63,207 nt of DNA, taken from the IMG/VR virus record IMGVR_UViG_3300035670_000203, positions 1 through 63,207 of that record, one strand, 5' to 3'. This document shows positions 8,424 to 17,259 of the stretch, one piece after another. The stretch comes from a virus. Lineage: Duplodnaviria; Caudoviricetes. The translations under genes and the position numbers were made by a program. Positions within the stretch are counted from its first letter, which is position 1; each line of letters begins with the position of its first letter. The notes beneath the pieces are model-generated. The model did not search any database. It was given only the letters and a program-made list of their open reading frames with translations, and was not told where the DNA came from.

Positions 8424-8447
8424 TAGGTGAGGTTCCTTTACCTCCAT

Positions 8448-8506
8448 ATTATAAGGGGTTGCCTGCTTCCAAGCAACCCCCCTTGTGCCAGTTTGAGAAG
8501 TGGAAC
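8448..8506 (-). promoter_or_regulatory. early composite promoter element copy 6
   Basis: GTTCCACTT-N4-AACTGGCAC, 31 nt; stem GGGGTTGC..GCAACCCC; TTGCTT-N17-TATAAT. Confidence 0.8.
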
Positions 8507-8507
8507 A

Positions 8508-8984
8508 TCACTCAAACATATACTCTTTCCATTCTGGATTTTTTGTTCCATTTAGATAGAGCATTGCTTTATTGATGGGTGCTCTTGGTTTCTTAACCAG
8601 TCTCATATCAGTATTTTCAAGTAACTTATTACCTTTCTTGGTATTACAAGAAACGCAAGCAACTACAAGATTTTCCCAAGTATCACCCCCACCTTTTGAT
8701 TTTGGAATGACGTGATCAATTGTAAGATTGCGGGTTACTCCACAATACTGACACTTATTCTCATCACGAGTATACACCATACTTCGTGATGGTTTCTCAT
8801 TCATAATTTTGGATAAAGGAATACGAATGTAATTAAGCAATCTAATTACTCGTTTTGACAAAACCTGTGCCTTTTCTTTAAGTAGAAGAACTACTGCTCT
8901 TTTCCAATTTGTAAAATGAATTGGTTCATATGAAGCATTAAGAACAAGAATTGTTTGATGAGGTTCTATTTTTAGATAGTCCAT
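8508..8984 (-). CDS. HNH endonuclease (bacterial McrA-like type)
   Basis: LVLNASYEP..WKRA N-terminus; RD...CQYCG, TIDHVIPKSKGG, NLV.AC..CN..K. Confidence 0.9.
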   Translation of the reverse strand: MDYLKIEPHQTILVLNASYEPIHFTNWKRAVVLLLKEKAQVLSKRVIRLLNYIRIPLSKIMNEKPSRSMVYTRDENKCQYCGVTRNLTIDHVIPKSKGGGDTWENLVVACVSCNTKKGNKLLENTDMRLVKKPRAPINKAMLYLNGTKNPEWKEYMFE

Positions 8985-9006
8985 ACTTTTCTATGATCCA
9001 TAATAT

Positions 9007-9183
9007 CTATTCAAAGTCTCCATTGATCTGATGGGCAACTACTTCTTGAATTTTCTTTGATTTTCTTTCTAATTCTTCTAGATGAAGAATCAAAAGTGAT
9101 AAATTGTCTTCCGTTTTTCCCATTAAAGCATCATAAATTCTTTCAAATGCTGCTGCCGTTTGTAGTGTTAAATCTTTTTCCAT
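9007..9183 (-). CDS. small basic hypothetical protein
   Basis: Manual translation MEKDLTLQTAAAFERIYDALMGK...; TAATG coupling. Confidence 0.5.
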   Translation of the reverse strand: MEKDLTLQTAAAFERIYDALMGKTEDNLSLLILHLEELERKSKKIQEVVAHQINGDFE

Positions 9184-9692
9184 TAGTTTTGAGGTCGAAC
9201 TTCTTCTACTTTTGGTTGGTTTCCATCCAGATTGTACTCTTTATTTAAGTCTTTATTCCAAGCAGTGCCTTGAATAAAGCCAAGTCCACCGAAGAATAGA
9301 GCAGCAGCAAGAGTAATCATTGCTTTTGTATGATGACTATCAGTTGTCTCTTCATCCGAAGAATCTGCATATTCACTCACACTTTGTCCCGTAACTTTTT
9401 CCGCAACCCAAGTGGCAGCACCACCATAAACGGTCATTAGAACCCAAGGAGTAAAGTATAGAAGAAGGGCACCAGCACCAAGAAGACCTACAAGTGCCAT
9501 TCCACCCCCAGGACTCGATACACCACCTCCAGAAGAACTGCTACTTACTTCACGGAGATTGATAATCTGCTGTGCTCCATAAATGTTTTCAAGTTGTTCT
9601 TTTGCACCGTTTCTTGTGCTTGCAGAAACTTCCATATCAACATAACCGGAAGCACTACCCATCCAACATTTTGCGGTCCAACGACGAGACAT
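9183..9692 (-). CDS. membrane protein with soluble N-terminal domain
   Basis: ORF track; start moved to MSRRWTAK downstream of promoter copy 7; hydrophobic segments after a Ser/Gly linker. Confidence 0.7.
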   Translation of the reverse strand: MSRRWTAKCWMGSASGYVDMEVSASTRNGAKEQLENIYGAQQIINLREVSSSSSGGGVSSPGGGMALVGLLGAGALLLYFTPWVLMTVYGGAATWVAEKVTGQSVSEYADSSDEETTDSHHTKAMITLAAALFFGGLGFIQGTAWNKDLNKEYNLDGNQPKVEEVRPQN

Positions 9693-9714
9693 AGTGTAAT
9701 TTGAAACTATAGTA

Positions 9715-9772
9715 ATTATACAACAAAGGGGTCGGTTTGACGACCCCTGGTGGACAGTTTGATTAGTGTCAC
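9715..9772 (-). promoter_or_regulatory. early composite promoter element copy 7
   Basis: GTGACACTA-N4-AACTGTCCA, 30 nt; stem AGGGGTCG..CGACCCCT + TT; TATAAT. Confidence 0.8.
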
Positions 9773-9933
9773 CCCCCTCGTTCTTGAAGAGATCGAACCA
9801 TAAGTTCAGTAAACTTCTCCATTTTTTCATAATGAACAGATGCTGGATCGGTATTAATTGCATTTTTAAGAGCAACTAATTCTTTCCACTCTTCAGGAGA
9901 TAGATCTCCAGTTTTTTCTTTTATCAAGGACAT
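9769..9933 (-). CDS. hypothetical protein (54 aa)
   Basis: Manual translation MSLIKEKTGDLSPEEWKELVALKNAINTDPASVHYEKMEKFTELMVRSL... Confidence 0.6.
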   Translation of the reverse strand: MSLIKEKTGDLSPEEWKELVALKNAINTDPASVHYEKMEKFTELMVRSLQERGG

Positions 9934-10004
9934 ATTAGGATTTAAGAATGATATATTATATATTTGAAATGTGTTGGTTTCCTGACATTTCTCTTAAAAA
10001 AACT

Positions 10005-10232
10005 TCAAAAATCCCGAAAGAATGCCCCAAAAGAACCAGAATCTCCAAAGTTTCTTTCTTCAAGTTTATCCATAAGGTTTTCAGTTTTTTCAAGAGTATC
10101 AATCGAATTAATAAGGTCAGCAATCTGTTTGCAGATGTATGCCTTCTCATTCACAGCAGCATTCTTAAGTGCATTGCGAAGATGACTTTGTGCTTCTAGA
10201 AGATTTTCTTTTACGTTTTTAGAAAGTGCCAT
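10005..10232 (-). CDS. conserved cyanophage hypothetical helical protein
   Basis: MALSKNVKENLLEAQSHLRNAL...; GAGG upstream. Confidence 0.7.
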   Translation of the reverse strand: MALSKNVKENLLEAQSHLRNALKNAAVNEKAYICKQIADLINSIDTLEKTENLMDKLEERNFGDSGSFGAFFRDF

Positions 10233-10254
10233 TTAAATTTTCCTCAACATCAAA

Positions 10255-10449
10255 TTAATTTAGGTCAGATTGTGGTTCAATCAAAGTTCGGTAATCCTCC
10301 TCTGGAAGCATACACATAGCACAAGAAGCAATCTGATAAATGTCTTCTTTTGTAAGACCTTCAAGAGTCATCAAACGATTATCATCAAAACAAATTGAAA
10401 AACTATAACCCTCATCAGGGTGAAATGATCCACAAGTTTGTATTGTCAT
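10255..10449 (-). CDS. hypothetical protein
   Basis: ORF track; ATGA-coupled. Confidence 0.6.
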   Translation of the reverse strand: MTIQTCGSFHPDEGYSFSICFDDNRLMTLEGLTKEDIYQIASCAMCMLPEEDYRTLIEPQSDLN

Positions 10450-10781
10450 TCCTTAATCCAAAATCCGTCTGCTGTCATCGTATATCCTGCCTCAATCATT
10501 TGTGTGTAATTAAGAGGTTGCCCTTCATTGTCAACAACAGGTTGATTTTTAAATTCTACAACAGTTTCTTTCCAAGCAACCTTAAACTTCTCATCAAATT
10601 CTTGAAGGAAATACTGCAAAAACTCACTGGTTGCATACATCAGTGCTTCTGCTTTATCAAGTTTATGATTCTCAAGGGCATTAATTGCACTATCCAAAAT
10701 CTCACGGGCACTACAAACTTTTGTTGTCACCATTTCAAGTTCATTCATTGAGTCCCATACTTTCTTATACTCAACTGTCAT
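10446..10781 (-). CDS. hypothetical protein
   Basis: ORF track; ATGA-coupled; C-terminal AGYTMTADGFW. Confidence 0.7.
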   Translation of the reverse strand: MTVEYKKVWDSMNELEMVTTKVCSAREILDSAINALENHKLDKAEALMYATSEFLQYFLQEFDEKFKVAWKETVVEFKNQPVVDNEGQPLNYTQMIEAGYTMTADGFWIKE

Positions 10782-11026
10782 TGATTTTCTCCAAATAAAA
10801 TGTCAATACGATGATCTACTGCTTCAATACTATTCTGCAACTCATAGTTGCAGTTTGTCAACTCAATATTTTCTTCTTCTAATCGTTTAATGTCAACCAA
10901 AGCATCCCGATACTTTTCTTCAAGAACTAACACTCGTTTTTGAAGTTCTTCAATCATCATATAAAGATTTGGTTCATAGTTTTCTTTCCCATACCGAGAA
11001 ATCAAATAATCATAAACGTTTTTCAT
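10778..11026 (-). CDS. coiled-coil hypothetical protein
   Basis: ORF track; start at MKNVYD gives ATGA coupling. Confidence 0.6.
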   Translation of the reverse strand: MKNVYDYLISRYGKENYEPNLYMMIEELQKRVLVLEEKYRDALVDIKRLEEENIELTNCNYELQNSIEAVDHRIDILFGENQ

Positions 11027-11331
11027 TTTGGGACTTTGATTTGTTGAAATGGAATATTCAGGGTATCCGCATAAGATACAGGACAATTTTCAGATGACCC
11101 GTGGGTGGCAACCCAAGAATTCAGGAGCATTATAGCACAGTTCCTGCGGAAGGCAAATGCTTCTTTTCTTTTATCAAAGGATTCCCAAGATTTTGGAGGA
11201 AGTGCGTGAGCATCCACAAGAAGAGAATACTCTTGTCGATTTACAAATTGAAAATAGTTTTCTTTATTTTCTTCTGTTGGATAATTTACAAGATTTTCAA
11301 TTAGTTCTTGAATCATTTTAGATTTACACAC
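11023..11331 (-). CDS. hypothetical protein
   Basis: ORF track. Confidence 0.6.
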   Translation of the reverse strand: MCKSKMIQELIENLVNYPTEENKENYFQFVNRQEYSLLVDAHALPPKSWESFDKRKEAFAFRRNCAIMLLNSWVATHGSSENCPVSYADTLNIPFQQIKVPK

Positions 11332-11531
11332 TCGACTTTTTGAACATAATCACGAGGAACAATATGAGTCCTGATTGCATTAAACACAATAAAACAATTC
11401 GTAATCAAAATTGAAAGAAACATCAGGAGACGAATGATAGCAATTTTATCTGCTTCCTTATCGTCTTTACCTGATTTCTCTCCAAGGGACTTTGCGATCA
11501 ATCTCCAAAGAGTATTATGCTTCTTCTTCAT
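11313..11531 (-). CDS. small membrane protein
   Basis: WRLIAKSLGEK..DDKEAD.IA.IR followed by a TM helix; start MKKKHN. Confidence 0.65.
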   Translation of the reverse strand: MKKKHNTLWRLIAKSLGEKSGKDDKEADKIAIIRLLMFLSILITNCFIVFNAIRTHIVPRDYVQKVECVNLK

Positions 11532-11787
11532 TTCTTGGTTGTGTTTGACTGATCTTGTATGTTCCTTTTTTGAGTTTGTATCGTTTGATGTAACTATCGC
11601 AGTGCTCCTGACAAACAAAGTAACACTTCTTGCTTTCCTTATTATCCTTATGTTCTAGAGTAACAGGAAATGCTTCGTGAAATGGAGGAGTTGAAATTGA
11701 AAGATCTTCTTTTACAACTTTAGGTGGACTTACTGTTTTTTTCTTGACAGTTCGTTTCTTGACTGGTGCAGAAGATTTACGTTTCAT
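11515..11787 (-). CDS. basic hypothetical protein
   Basis: ORF track; KCYF.C.EH..Y..RYKL. Confidence 0.65.
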   Translation of the reverse strand: MKRKSSAPVKKRTVKKKTVSPPKVVKEDLSISTPPFHEAFPVTLEHKDNKESKKCYFVCQEHCDSYIKRYKLKKGTYKISQTQPRNEEEA

Positions 11788-11987
11788 TGTTCGGCAAAGA
11801 GTTCCTTGTAGTAAGCATTATACCTCACAAAGGAGGTCACTGACGGTTTTCTGTCCAAAGAGTTACAGGACTCAACATACAAGTTGAAATTATACCACGG
11901 GGTCGTTTGATCCAGTGCTGGGAACTGACTGTTGCTGATGTAGTTGTTTAAGTGCTTCCAGAACTTCAGGTGTTTCATCCCACTCAT
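11784..11987 (-). CDS. hypothetical protein
   Basis: ORF track; GGAG upstream. Confidence 0.6.
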   Translation of the reverse strand: MSGMKHLKFWKHLNNYISNSQFPALDQTTPWYNFNLYVESCNSLDRKPSVTSFVRYNAYYKELFAEQ

Positions 11988-12023
11988 AGGTATCTCCGGA
12001 TTTTGAAATGTAAGTGCGTTTTG

Positions 12024-12233
12024 TCATAGTTTACCCCCTACTACTGATTTATAAGTGTGTGCGTCATCAAATCCTTCTTGCTTCATTTTTAAGTAAGCAC
12101 GAGTTGCATTGATACATTCTTGTTCGGTTAAGGAAGTAATAATACCTTTTCCTTCCTTATCAAAGGAATCCCAAGTTCCCCATTTTTTCTGCTCTACACG
12201 AAAGCAATCATCAATCCATTCAATTTCACTCAT
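12024..12233 (-). CDS. conserved cyanophage hypothetical protein
   Basis: WIDDCFRVEQKKWGTW...VVGGKL; start at MSEIEW. Confidence 0.65.
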   Translation of the reverse strand: MSEIEWIDDCFRVEQKKWGTWDSFDKEGKGIITSLTEQECINATRAYLKMKQEGFDDAHTYKSVVGGKL

Positions 12234-12468
12234 TCTTTTTTTGAAATTCCTTTTCAAGTTCTCTAGCAATTTTAGCATACTCCATCCTCATCATCAAGTT
12301 AGTGATGGGATTTTTTGGATGAAGACGTATCATCCAGTATGCTCTTTCAATGTTAATTTTAATCATCTTAAAAACCAAAGTAAGATATTCGCTTACATTT
12401 GGATCAAGTATCATCATATATGCTATGACTCCAAATAGTAGGAGTATTATGGAATTAAAAGGAGTCAT
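12226..12468 (-). CDS. membrane-anchored hypothetical protein
   Basis: N-terminal TM helix; LHPKNPITN motif. Confidence 0.65.
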   Translation of the reverse strand: MTPFNSIILLLFGVIAYMMILDPNVSEYLTLVFKMIKINIERAYWMIRLHPKNPITNLMMRMEYAKIARELEKEFQKKNE

Positions 12469-12494
12469 AGTTTTGTCCTATTGTATGAGGGTAT

Positions 12495-12860
12495 TTAGTC
12501 CTCATCTTCTTCAAGATCTATAAGATCGGATAATCTTTTCATTTGGTCCCAATCCATAGGGACAGTTTTAACTTTTCCAGTGGCAACATCGTGAGACATT
12601 TGTAGCAAACTATCAAGAAAATGTTTAGGGTAGATTTCATCTTCTAAACTATCCCAGAAGTATAGAATACACTGCTCTAATGGATCATCATTCTTTAGAA
12701 GAGCATAACCCTCATAGTTGTTTCCCATTAGGTCTGCCCAGTTTCTGAAAGCATACCAGCAATTATACCATCCCTGAATGAGGCAGGACTGCCAGATATA
12801 CTCAAACCAAGTCATTTTGACTTTATCGATTTGTGTTCCTAGAAGTGGTTTTGAGAACAT
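12495..12860 (-). CDS. hypothetical protein
   Basis: ORF track, 121 aa, Trp/Cys-rich. Confidence 0.7.
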   Translation of the reverse strand: MFSKPLLGTQIDKVKMTWFEYIWQSCLIQGWYNCWYAFRNWADLMGNNYEGYALLKNDDPLEQCILYFWDSLEDEIYPKHFLDSLLQMSHDVATGKVKTVPMDWDQMKRLSDLIDLEEDED

Positions 12861-12862
12861 TG

Positions 12863-13072
12863 TTATAAGGGATTGTCATCAAGGTCTTTCAAGTATTCTA
12901 CCCACCACTGGGGATCTTTGTCAACCCACCAGTCAGGTTCCGGTAACCCTCTTTCAAAGTACCAATCACGAATGGCACCTTTAATGGTTTCACCAATCTC
13001 GATCTGCTTCTTCCTTTGCATCAATGTCTTCATATACGTCTGCCATATAGGGTCCGTGGGGTCGTTTTGCAT
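12863..13072 (-). CDS. hypothetical protein (start uncertain)
   Basis: ORF track; overlaps 12990-13190. Confidence 0.5.
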   Translation of the reverse strand: MQNDPTDPIWQTYMKTLMQRKKQIEIGETIKGAIRDWYFERGLPEPDWWVDKDPQWWVEYLKDLDDNPL

Positions 13073-13190
13073 CTTCTTTTACATATTTAACTTCAGAAGC
13101 ACTTGAGGACAACCATAATGATATTTTAGTTATAATAAAAATAATTGCAAGGGGAAGGAAACATAAAGAAACTAATATTGGGTATTTCAT
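12990..13190 (-). CDS. small membrane protein
   Basis: N-terminal TM helix; abuts upstream stop. Confidence 0.6.
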   Translation of the reverse strand: MKYPILVSLCFLPLAIIFIITKISLWLSSSASEVKYVKEDAKRPHGPYMADVYEDIDAKEEADRDW

Positions 13191-13511
13191 TTAGTCACGT
13201 TGCCTCCAATCCTCTGGTCTATCTTGAGTAAAGAAATCAACAATATCATCTACACTTTCAAATCTACGAATCCCTTTTCCTTCGTGCCCTACACCACCAA
13301 TATCAAGAGCATTTAGAAATCCATCCATAGTATCTTGTGTCATATCAGGATTTTCTGCTTTTCTTCGTGCCTGTCGAAGCATTGTAGCAGCAGAACGATT
13401 TGCTTTTGCAAGTTTTTCTGCCCATATCATCTCTTCAAGTTCAACAGATTCTCTGTCGATAATTTTTTTACAAATACCTTCAAGTTTGAGTCGATACTGT
13501 GTTGATAGCAT
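13191..13511 (-). CDS. conserved cyanophage hypothetical protein
   Basis: MLSTQYRLKLEGIC...DWRQRD. Confidence 0.75.
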   Translation of the reverse strand: MLSTQYRLKLEGICKKIIDRESVELEEMIWAEKLAKANRSAATMLRQARRKAENPDMTQDTMDGFLNALDIGGVGHEGKGIRRFESVDDIVDFFTQDRPEDWRQRD

Positions 13512-13576
13512 AATTTTAATTCTTTTGAATGATAATGGAACAGAAAGGAACTATCGTTCCCGAAGATTAATGTTAT

Positions 13577-13771
13577 TTATTTAACAATTTTCCAGTGCTC
13601 ATTACCTCCTTTTTGAAGATGAAACTCATACATTCCATTTAGAGATAGTAGATGATAAAGTTTCTCGTCTTCCTCAAGAATTAAACACGAATGAAAGTTA
13701 TCCATAAGGTCATCAAATCGATGTTTTGCTTGAGGAGTTAGAGGAACTACATTCACAAATTTCTTTTTCAT
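13577..13771 (-). CDS. hypothetical protein
   Basis: ORF track. Confidence 0.6.
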   Translation of the reverse strand: MKKKFVNVVPLTPQAKHRFDDLMDNFHSCLILEEDEKLYHLLSLNGMYEFHLQKGGNEHWKIVK

Positions 13772-13817
13772 TTTAGAGTTTAGTTGATGGGATCATCCTA
13801 GCAGGTTTTAAGTCTTA

Positions 13818-14000
13818 TCACACGAACACTGTTCCACTTTGAGAAGTGGTCTCTCGGTGATCTTGAATGAACTTCTGTGCCTGACGAACAGTGTTCGTTT
13901 CTCCAATCTGACTTCCATTAAAGATAATGACAAGTTTCTTTCCCCAAGGCACAGCAGCATAATTATCCTGGGTTATAAATCCCTCTGTTTTATTAGGCAT
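13818..14000 (-). CDS. hypothetical protein
   Basis: ORF track; follows a sigma70 promoter. Confidence 0.65.
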   Translation of the reverse strand: MPNKTEGFITQDNYAAVPWGKKLVIIFNGSQIGETNTVRQAQKFIQDHRETTSQSGTVFV

Positions 14001-14027
14001 AATATGATCTTCAACGGGAACAAACCT

Positions 14028-14057
14028 ATTCTAATCATATTCTAGGGGTATTGTCAA
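14028..14057 (-). promoter_or_regulatory. sigma70-type promoter marking the boundary of the early/middle region
   Basis: TTGACA-N18-TAGAAT on minus strand. Confidence 0.65.
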
Positions 14058-14078
14058 GAGTTATTTTTTATGTTAGGA

Positions 14079-14435
14079 TCAATATAGTTTGATTTCCTTA
14101 TATTCTGAATTAAACTTCTCGTTAATATCTTTTTTTATTCTTGCTCTCTCATCATTAGTAATATAAACACTACGAGCAAGTTCTATAAACTCTTGATCGA
14201 ATCTTTGTTCTTTTTCTAAAAGTCTTAATTTGTCTTCAATCTCCCATAATTTTTCATTTACATCAAGTAAATTTTGCAAATCATCATAATTAAAAACATT
14301 ATGATTAGTTGCGATTTCTATTAAATGATTTAGTTCCTTACGAACGTATTCATTATCAGTATACTTTGATTTAATTTGGAGAATTGATATCTTATCAATC
14401 AATTCTCCAACAGATACTGGAATATCTACTCTCAT
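14079..14435 (-). CDS. DUF6165-like protein
   Basis: PVSVGELIDKISILQIK...N..LWEIED..R...FIELARSVY.TNDERA.IK..IN; family recalled as a glycosyltransferase neighbour. Confidence 0.75.
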   Translation of the reverse strand: MRVDIPVSVGELIDKISILQIKSKYTDNEYVRKELNHLIEIATNHNVFNYDDLQNLLDVNEKLWEIEDKLRLLEKEQRFDQEFIELARSVYITNDERARIKKDINEKFNSEYKEIKLY

Positions 14436-16579
14436 TTGGGGCAGTTATTTTGAATATGACTTAGAATTACTGCATTCTTACAAGCAACACCTAGACCAAA
14501 TGAATGCTCTATGTTAAACTTTGGAAGATCTAATTCTTCAAAGAATTTCTTCACTCCATATTCTTTACCATCATAGTTTTCAATTGCGGTGTCGTGGAAC
14601 AGTATAACTGCCTCATCACTTAGAAACTCACTCCAAGTTTCAAAGTCTTTCTTTACATCTTCATAGTGATGACTTCCATCAATGTGAAGTATATCAATTT
14701 TATTATCCCAAGTCTTTGCTATTTCATTAAAATCACCTTTAATAAAAGTGATATTGTCTTGAAGATGTAGTTTTTCACGTTTCATCATCACATATTCATA
14801 TTTACCTGGAGAATCATTTCCTACAAAGTCATCACCGACAAAATTATCAATACCGTAAACATGACCAATTCTTGGAAGGGCAAAACAGAAAGTGGAAAAT
14901 CCATAATCAACTCCTAGGTCAACCACAACTTTTGGATTCATAAATCTCACCAACCACTCAGCAAAATTGCGATGTCCAAACCAAGCTGTTGTTGGAGTAT
15001 CATCAATATTATTTAAGAAAAGTCTATCAATAGAATCAGTTCTTTCTTTGAGTCTTAGAGTTCCTGAATTAAATGCTGTGGCAAAGATAATAATATTCGG
15101 ATTTCTTACAAGTTTTCCAATTTCAAGCAGATGAGTAAATGCTTTACCCATAGCATCACCACCCATATTCATTGCTTCACTGACGGCATGGAAAGCATAA
15201 TTTGATGCTTGCTGAATATTTCTTAGTTGAATTAAAGCAATGCTACTCATAATGAATACATCAATTCTTGAAGAATCGAAGTATGCTTTAGAAATATTGA
15301 GATACTCTTGGCCAAGTTCTAATGCTTTTTCAAAGTTCTTGACTTCAAAATAATGTTTGAAAATGAACCACAGATAGTAAGTATTGTTTGGATCATTCTT
15401 ATATTCTCTTTCGCAAATGGAAAGATAGAATAGTTGCTTATCAATATTTGGTTGAACAGTCTTTGTGATTTTAATAGTTGTATCAACAGTAGACTCATTT
15501 AGATGATCTTGTGTAGGAATAAACAGTGGAGTTTCGTGAACTGAATTTATCCAGGTATAATTTTTAGTTCTATGAAAACGGACATGCGCTGTATTGGATA
15601 GAGTTGGTTCATTTTCACCAACCTTATCATAACGTTCATGATTAAATGCAGTGAATTCACCAGAGATTACATCGAGACCATCTGGGAAAAACTCTTCAAC
15701 ATCCTCATTGAAATCGAGTGAAAATGCCCAATCAGTTTTTACATAAGATAGTGCTTGATTTCTTGCCTTAGAGAAATCAAATTCTTCTCTTGTCTGTGGA
15801 TGTTCGTAGACTTCAATTCCTGCTTCTTTGAGAAGTTCTACTGTTTTATCTGTGCTTCCAGTATCAACTACAACAGTGTGAGAAAATTTCTTTGAGTTTT
15901 CAATAAATTTTTCAACATTCTTTTCTTCATTTTTAGCAATAGCATAAAGCGTCAAATCCATGTTAGTCAGTCCTCCAGGTTTAATATGAAACCAAACTTT
16001 TCCAATATTGTCTGGTCGATTATGATAATTTGTAATAAGTAAATTTTTACCTTGAAAGTATTTATTCACTGCTTGAATGACACCATCCCAGCAAGGAACA
16101 TAATCATCTCCACTGATAATTCCCCCTTGCTTTACTTTTGGATACCATGCAATAATATCTTCAAGAACACTCTCATAATCATGAGAAGCATCTATATGAA
16201 CAAAGTCTAAACTATTATCTTCAAACTGTTTTGCTGCTTCTATACTTTTTAGTCTTAATGGTATAACATAGTCTGATACTTCACATAATTGAATATTATT
16301 TTTGAAATCATCAAACAAAGTTTTACCTTGTAGACTTAATTCTTCTATATGATCTTTATGTTCATCACTTCCTTCCCAAGTATCTACAGCATAAAATTTT
16401 ACTGTTTTATTTGAGTTCTTGATGATGGAACCCATACACGAAGTAGATCTACCTCTCCATGATCCTACTTCTACCAATGTTCCGTTGTCTGGAACTTTAT
16501 CAAACCAAAATTTATAAACATCTGGGTAATCAAAAAACCCAGGAATTTCTTTCCAAGTGGTCATAGATACTGTTTCCAA
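14432..16579 (-). CDS. fusion: class I methyltransferase + GT2-like glycosyltransferase + TPR-like helices + class I methyltransferase
   Basis: VEVGSWRGRS and HIDASHDYE; IAKNEEKN..VVVDTGSTD.T..DFS.ARN; VDLGVDYGFS and HIDGSHHYE..FHD. Confidence 0.85.
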   Translation of the reverse strand: METVSMTTWKEIPGFFDYPDVYKFWFDKVPDNGTLVEVGSWRGRSTSCMGSIIKNSNKTVKFYAVDTWEGSDEHKDHIEELSLQGKTLFDDFKNNIQLCEVSDYVIPLRLKSIEAAKQFEDNSLDFVHIDASHDYESVLEDIIAWYPKVKQGGIISGDDYVPCWDGVIQAVNKYFQGKNLLITNYHNRPDNIGKVWFHIKPGGLTNMDLTLYAIAKNEEKNVEKFIENSKKFSHTVVVDTGSTDKTVELLKEAGIEVYEHPQTREEFDFSKARNQALSYVKTDWAFSLDFNEDVEEFFPDGLDVISGEFTAFNHERYDKVGENEPTLSNTAHVRFHRTKNYTWINSVHETPLFIPTQDHLNESTVDTTIKITKTVQPNIDKQLFYLSICEREYKNDPNNTYYLWFIFKHYFEVKNFEKALELGQEYLNISKAYFDSSRIDVFIMSSIALIQLRNIQQASNYAFHAVSEAMNMGGDAMGKAFTHLLEIGKLVRNPNIIIFATAFNSGTLRLKERTDSIDRLFLNNIDDTPTTAWFGHRNFAEWLVRFMNPKVVVDLGVDYGFSTFCFALPRIGHVYGIDNFVGDDFVGNDSPGKYEYVMMKREKLHLQDNITFIKGDFNEIAKTWDNKIDILHIDGSHHYEDVKKDFETWSEFLSDEAVILFHDTAIENYDGKEYGVKKFFEELDLPKFNIEHSFGLGVACKNAVILSHIQNNCPK

Positions 16580-17259
16580 TCAATACAAGGTGATAATAAA
16601 TCTGCTTGACAATGTGTAGAATAACCAGGAATTGCTGATATTAGAACTTTACCTCTTTGTGATAATTCCAAAAACTTATAATGATCTGCTGATGGTTCAA
16701 CTCCTGTAGAGTATTTAATGTGATACTCAAGATCATTTATAAGAGTTGAATATTTTGTAGCAAATGTATTGGTGGTGGAAGGTGTTGCCATCCAATGAGA
16801 AGATTCAGTATGCAAAACTTTTGTTCTGAACTCTGCATAATACTCACCATACTTGTCTCTGTGGTCGTATAAGGTCGCATAAGAGACTGGAAGGGTAAAT
16901 CCCTCGATTAAGATCTTATCCCACCCTGGACGGTGTACATAGTCATCCTCAAGAAAATAGATAATATCTTCGGAAGAATGATTTTGGGTTTGAATGTAAT
17001 CTAGAGTCTTAAGAAAACTCTTTGCTTCTCCTCCACAATTTATAGTATAAACATTAGTTTCTTGAGACAAGAAAGTGTCTTCTATTTTTCCGTAATGTTC
17101 GTCGTAAATAATTGTATAGGATGTATTTTCTGAATTTAATGTATTCTTAAAATTCTGAAATACTTTTTCTTTATCCCACCAATCTGGCCTTTGTTTTCCT
17201 GGTGCCTCTTGTATTTTAGAATAATAACATTGTCTTAAATAAACATGAATTTTTTTCAT
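16561..17259 (-). CDS. putative GT-A fold glycosyltransferase
   Basis: IIYFLEDDYVH DxD-like motif; island context. Confidence 0.65.
   Translation of the reverse strand: MKKIHVYLRQCYYSKIQEAPGKQRPDWWDKEKVFQNFKNTLNSENTSYTIIYDEHYGKIEDTFLSQETNVYTINCGGEAKSFLKTLDYIQTQNHSSEDIIYFLEDDYVHRPGWDKILIEGFTLPVSYATLYDHRDKYGEYYAEFRTKVLHTESSHWMATPSTTNTFATKYSTLINDLEYHIKYSTGVEPSADHYKFLELSQRGKVLISAIPGYSTHCQADLLSPCIDWKQYL

Noticed and set aside
9693-9875. N-terminal extension of the 230-aa ORF 9183-9875
   Set aside because: Runs through promoter element copy 7 and overlaps ORF 9769-9933; the true start is more likely 9692.
990-13984. Plus-strand ORFs in the early region (e.g. 4637-5002, 10395-10751, 12109-12438)
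   Set aside because: Antisense to tightly coupled minus-strand genes; all recognised promoters here point the other way.
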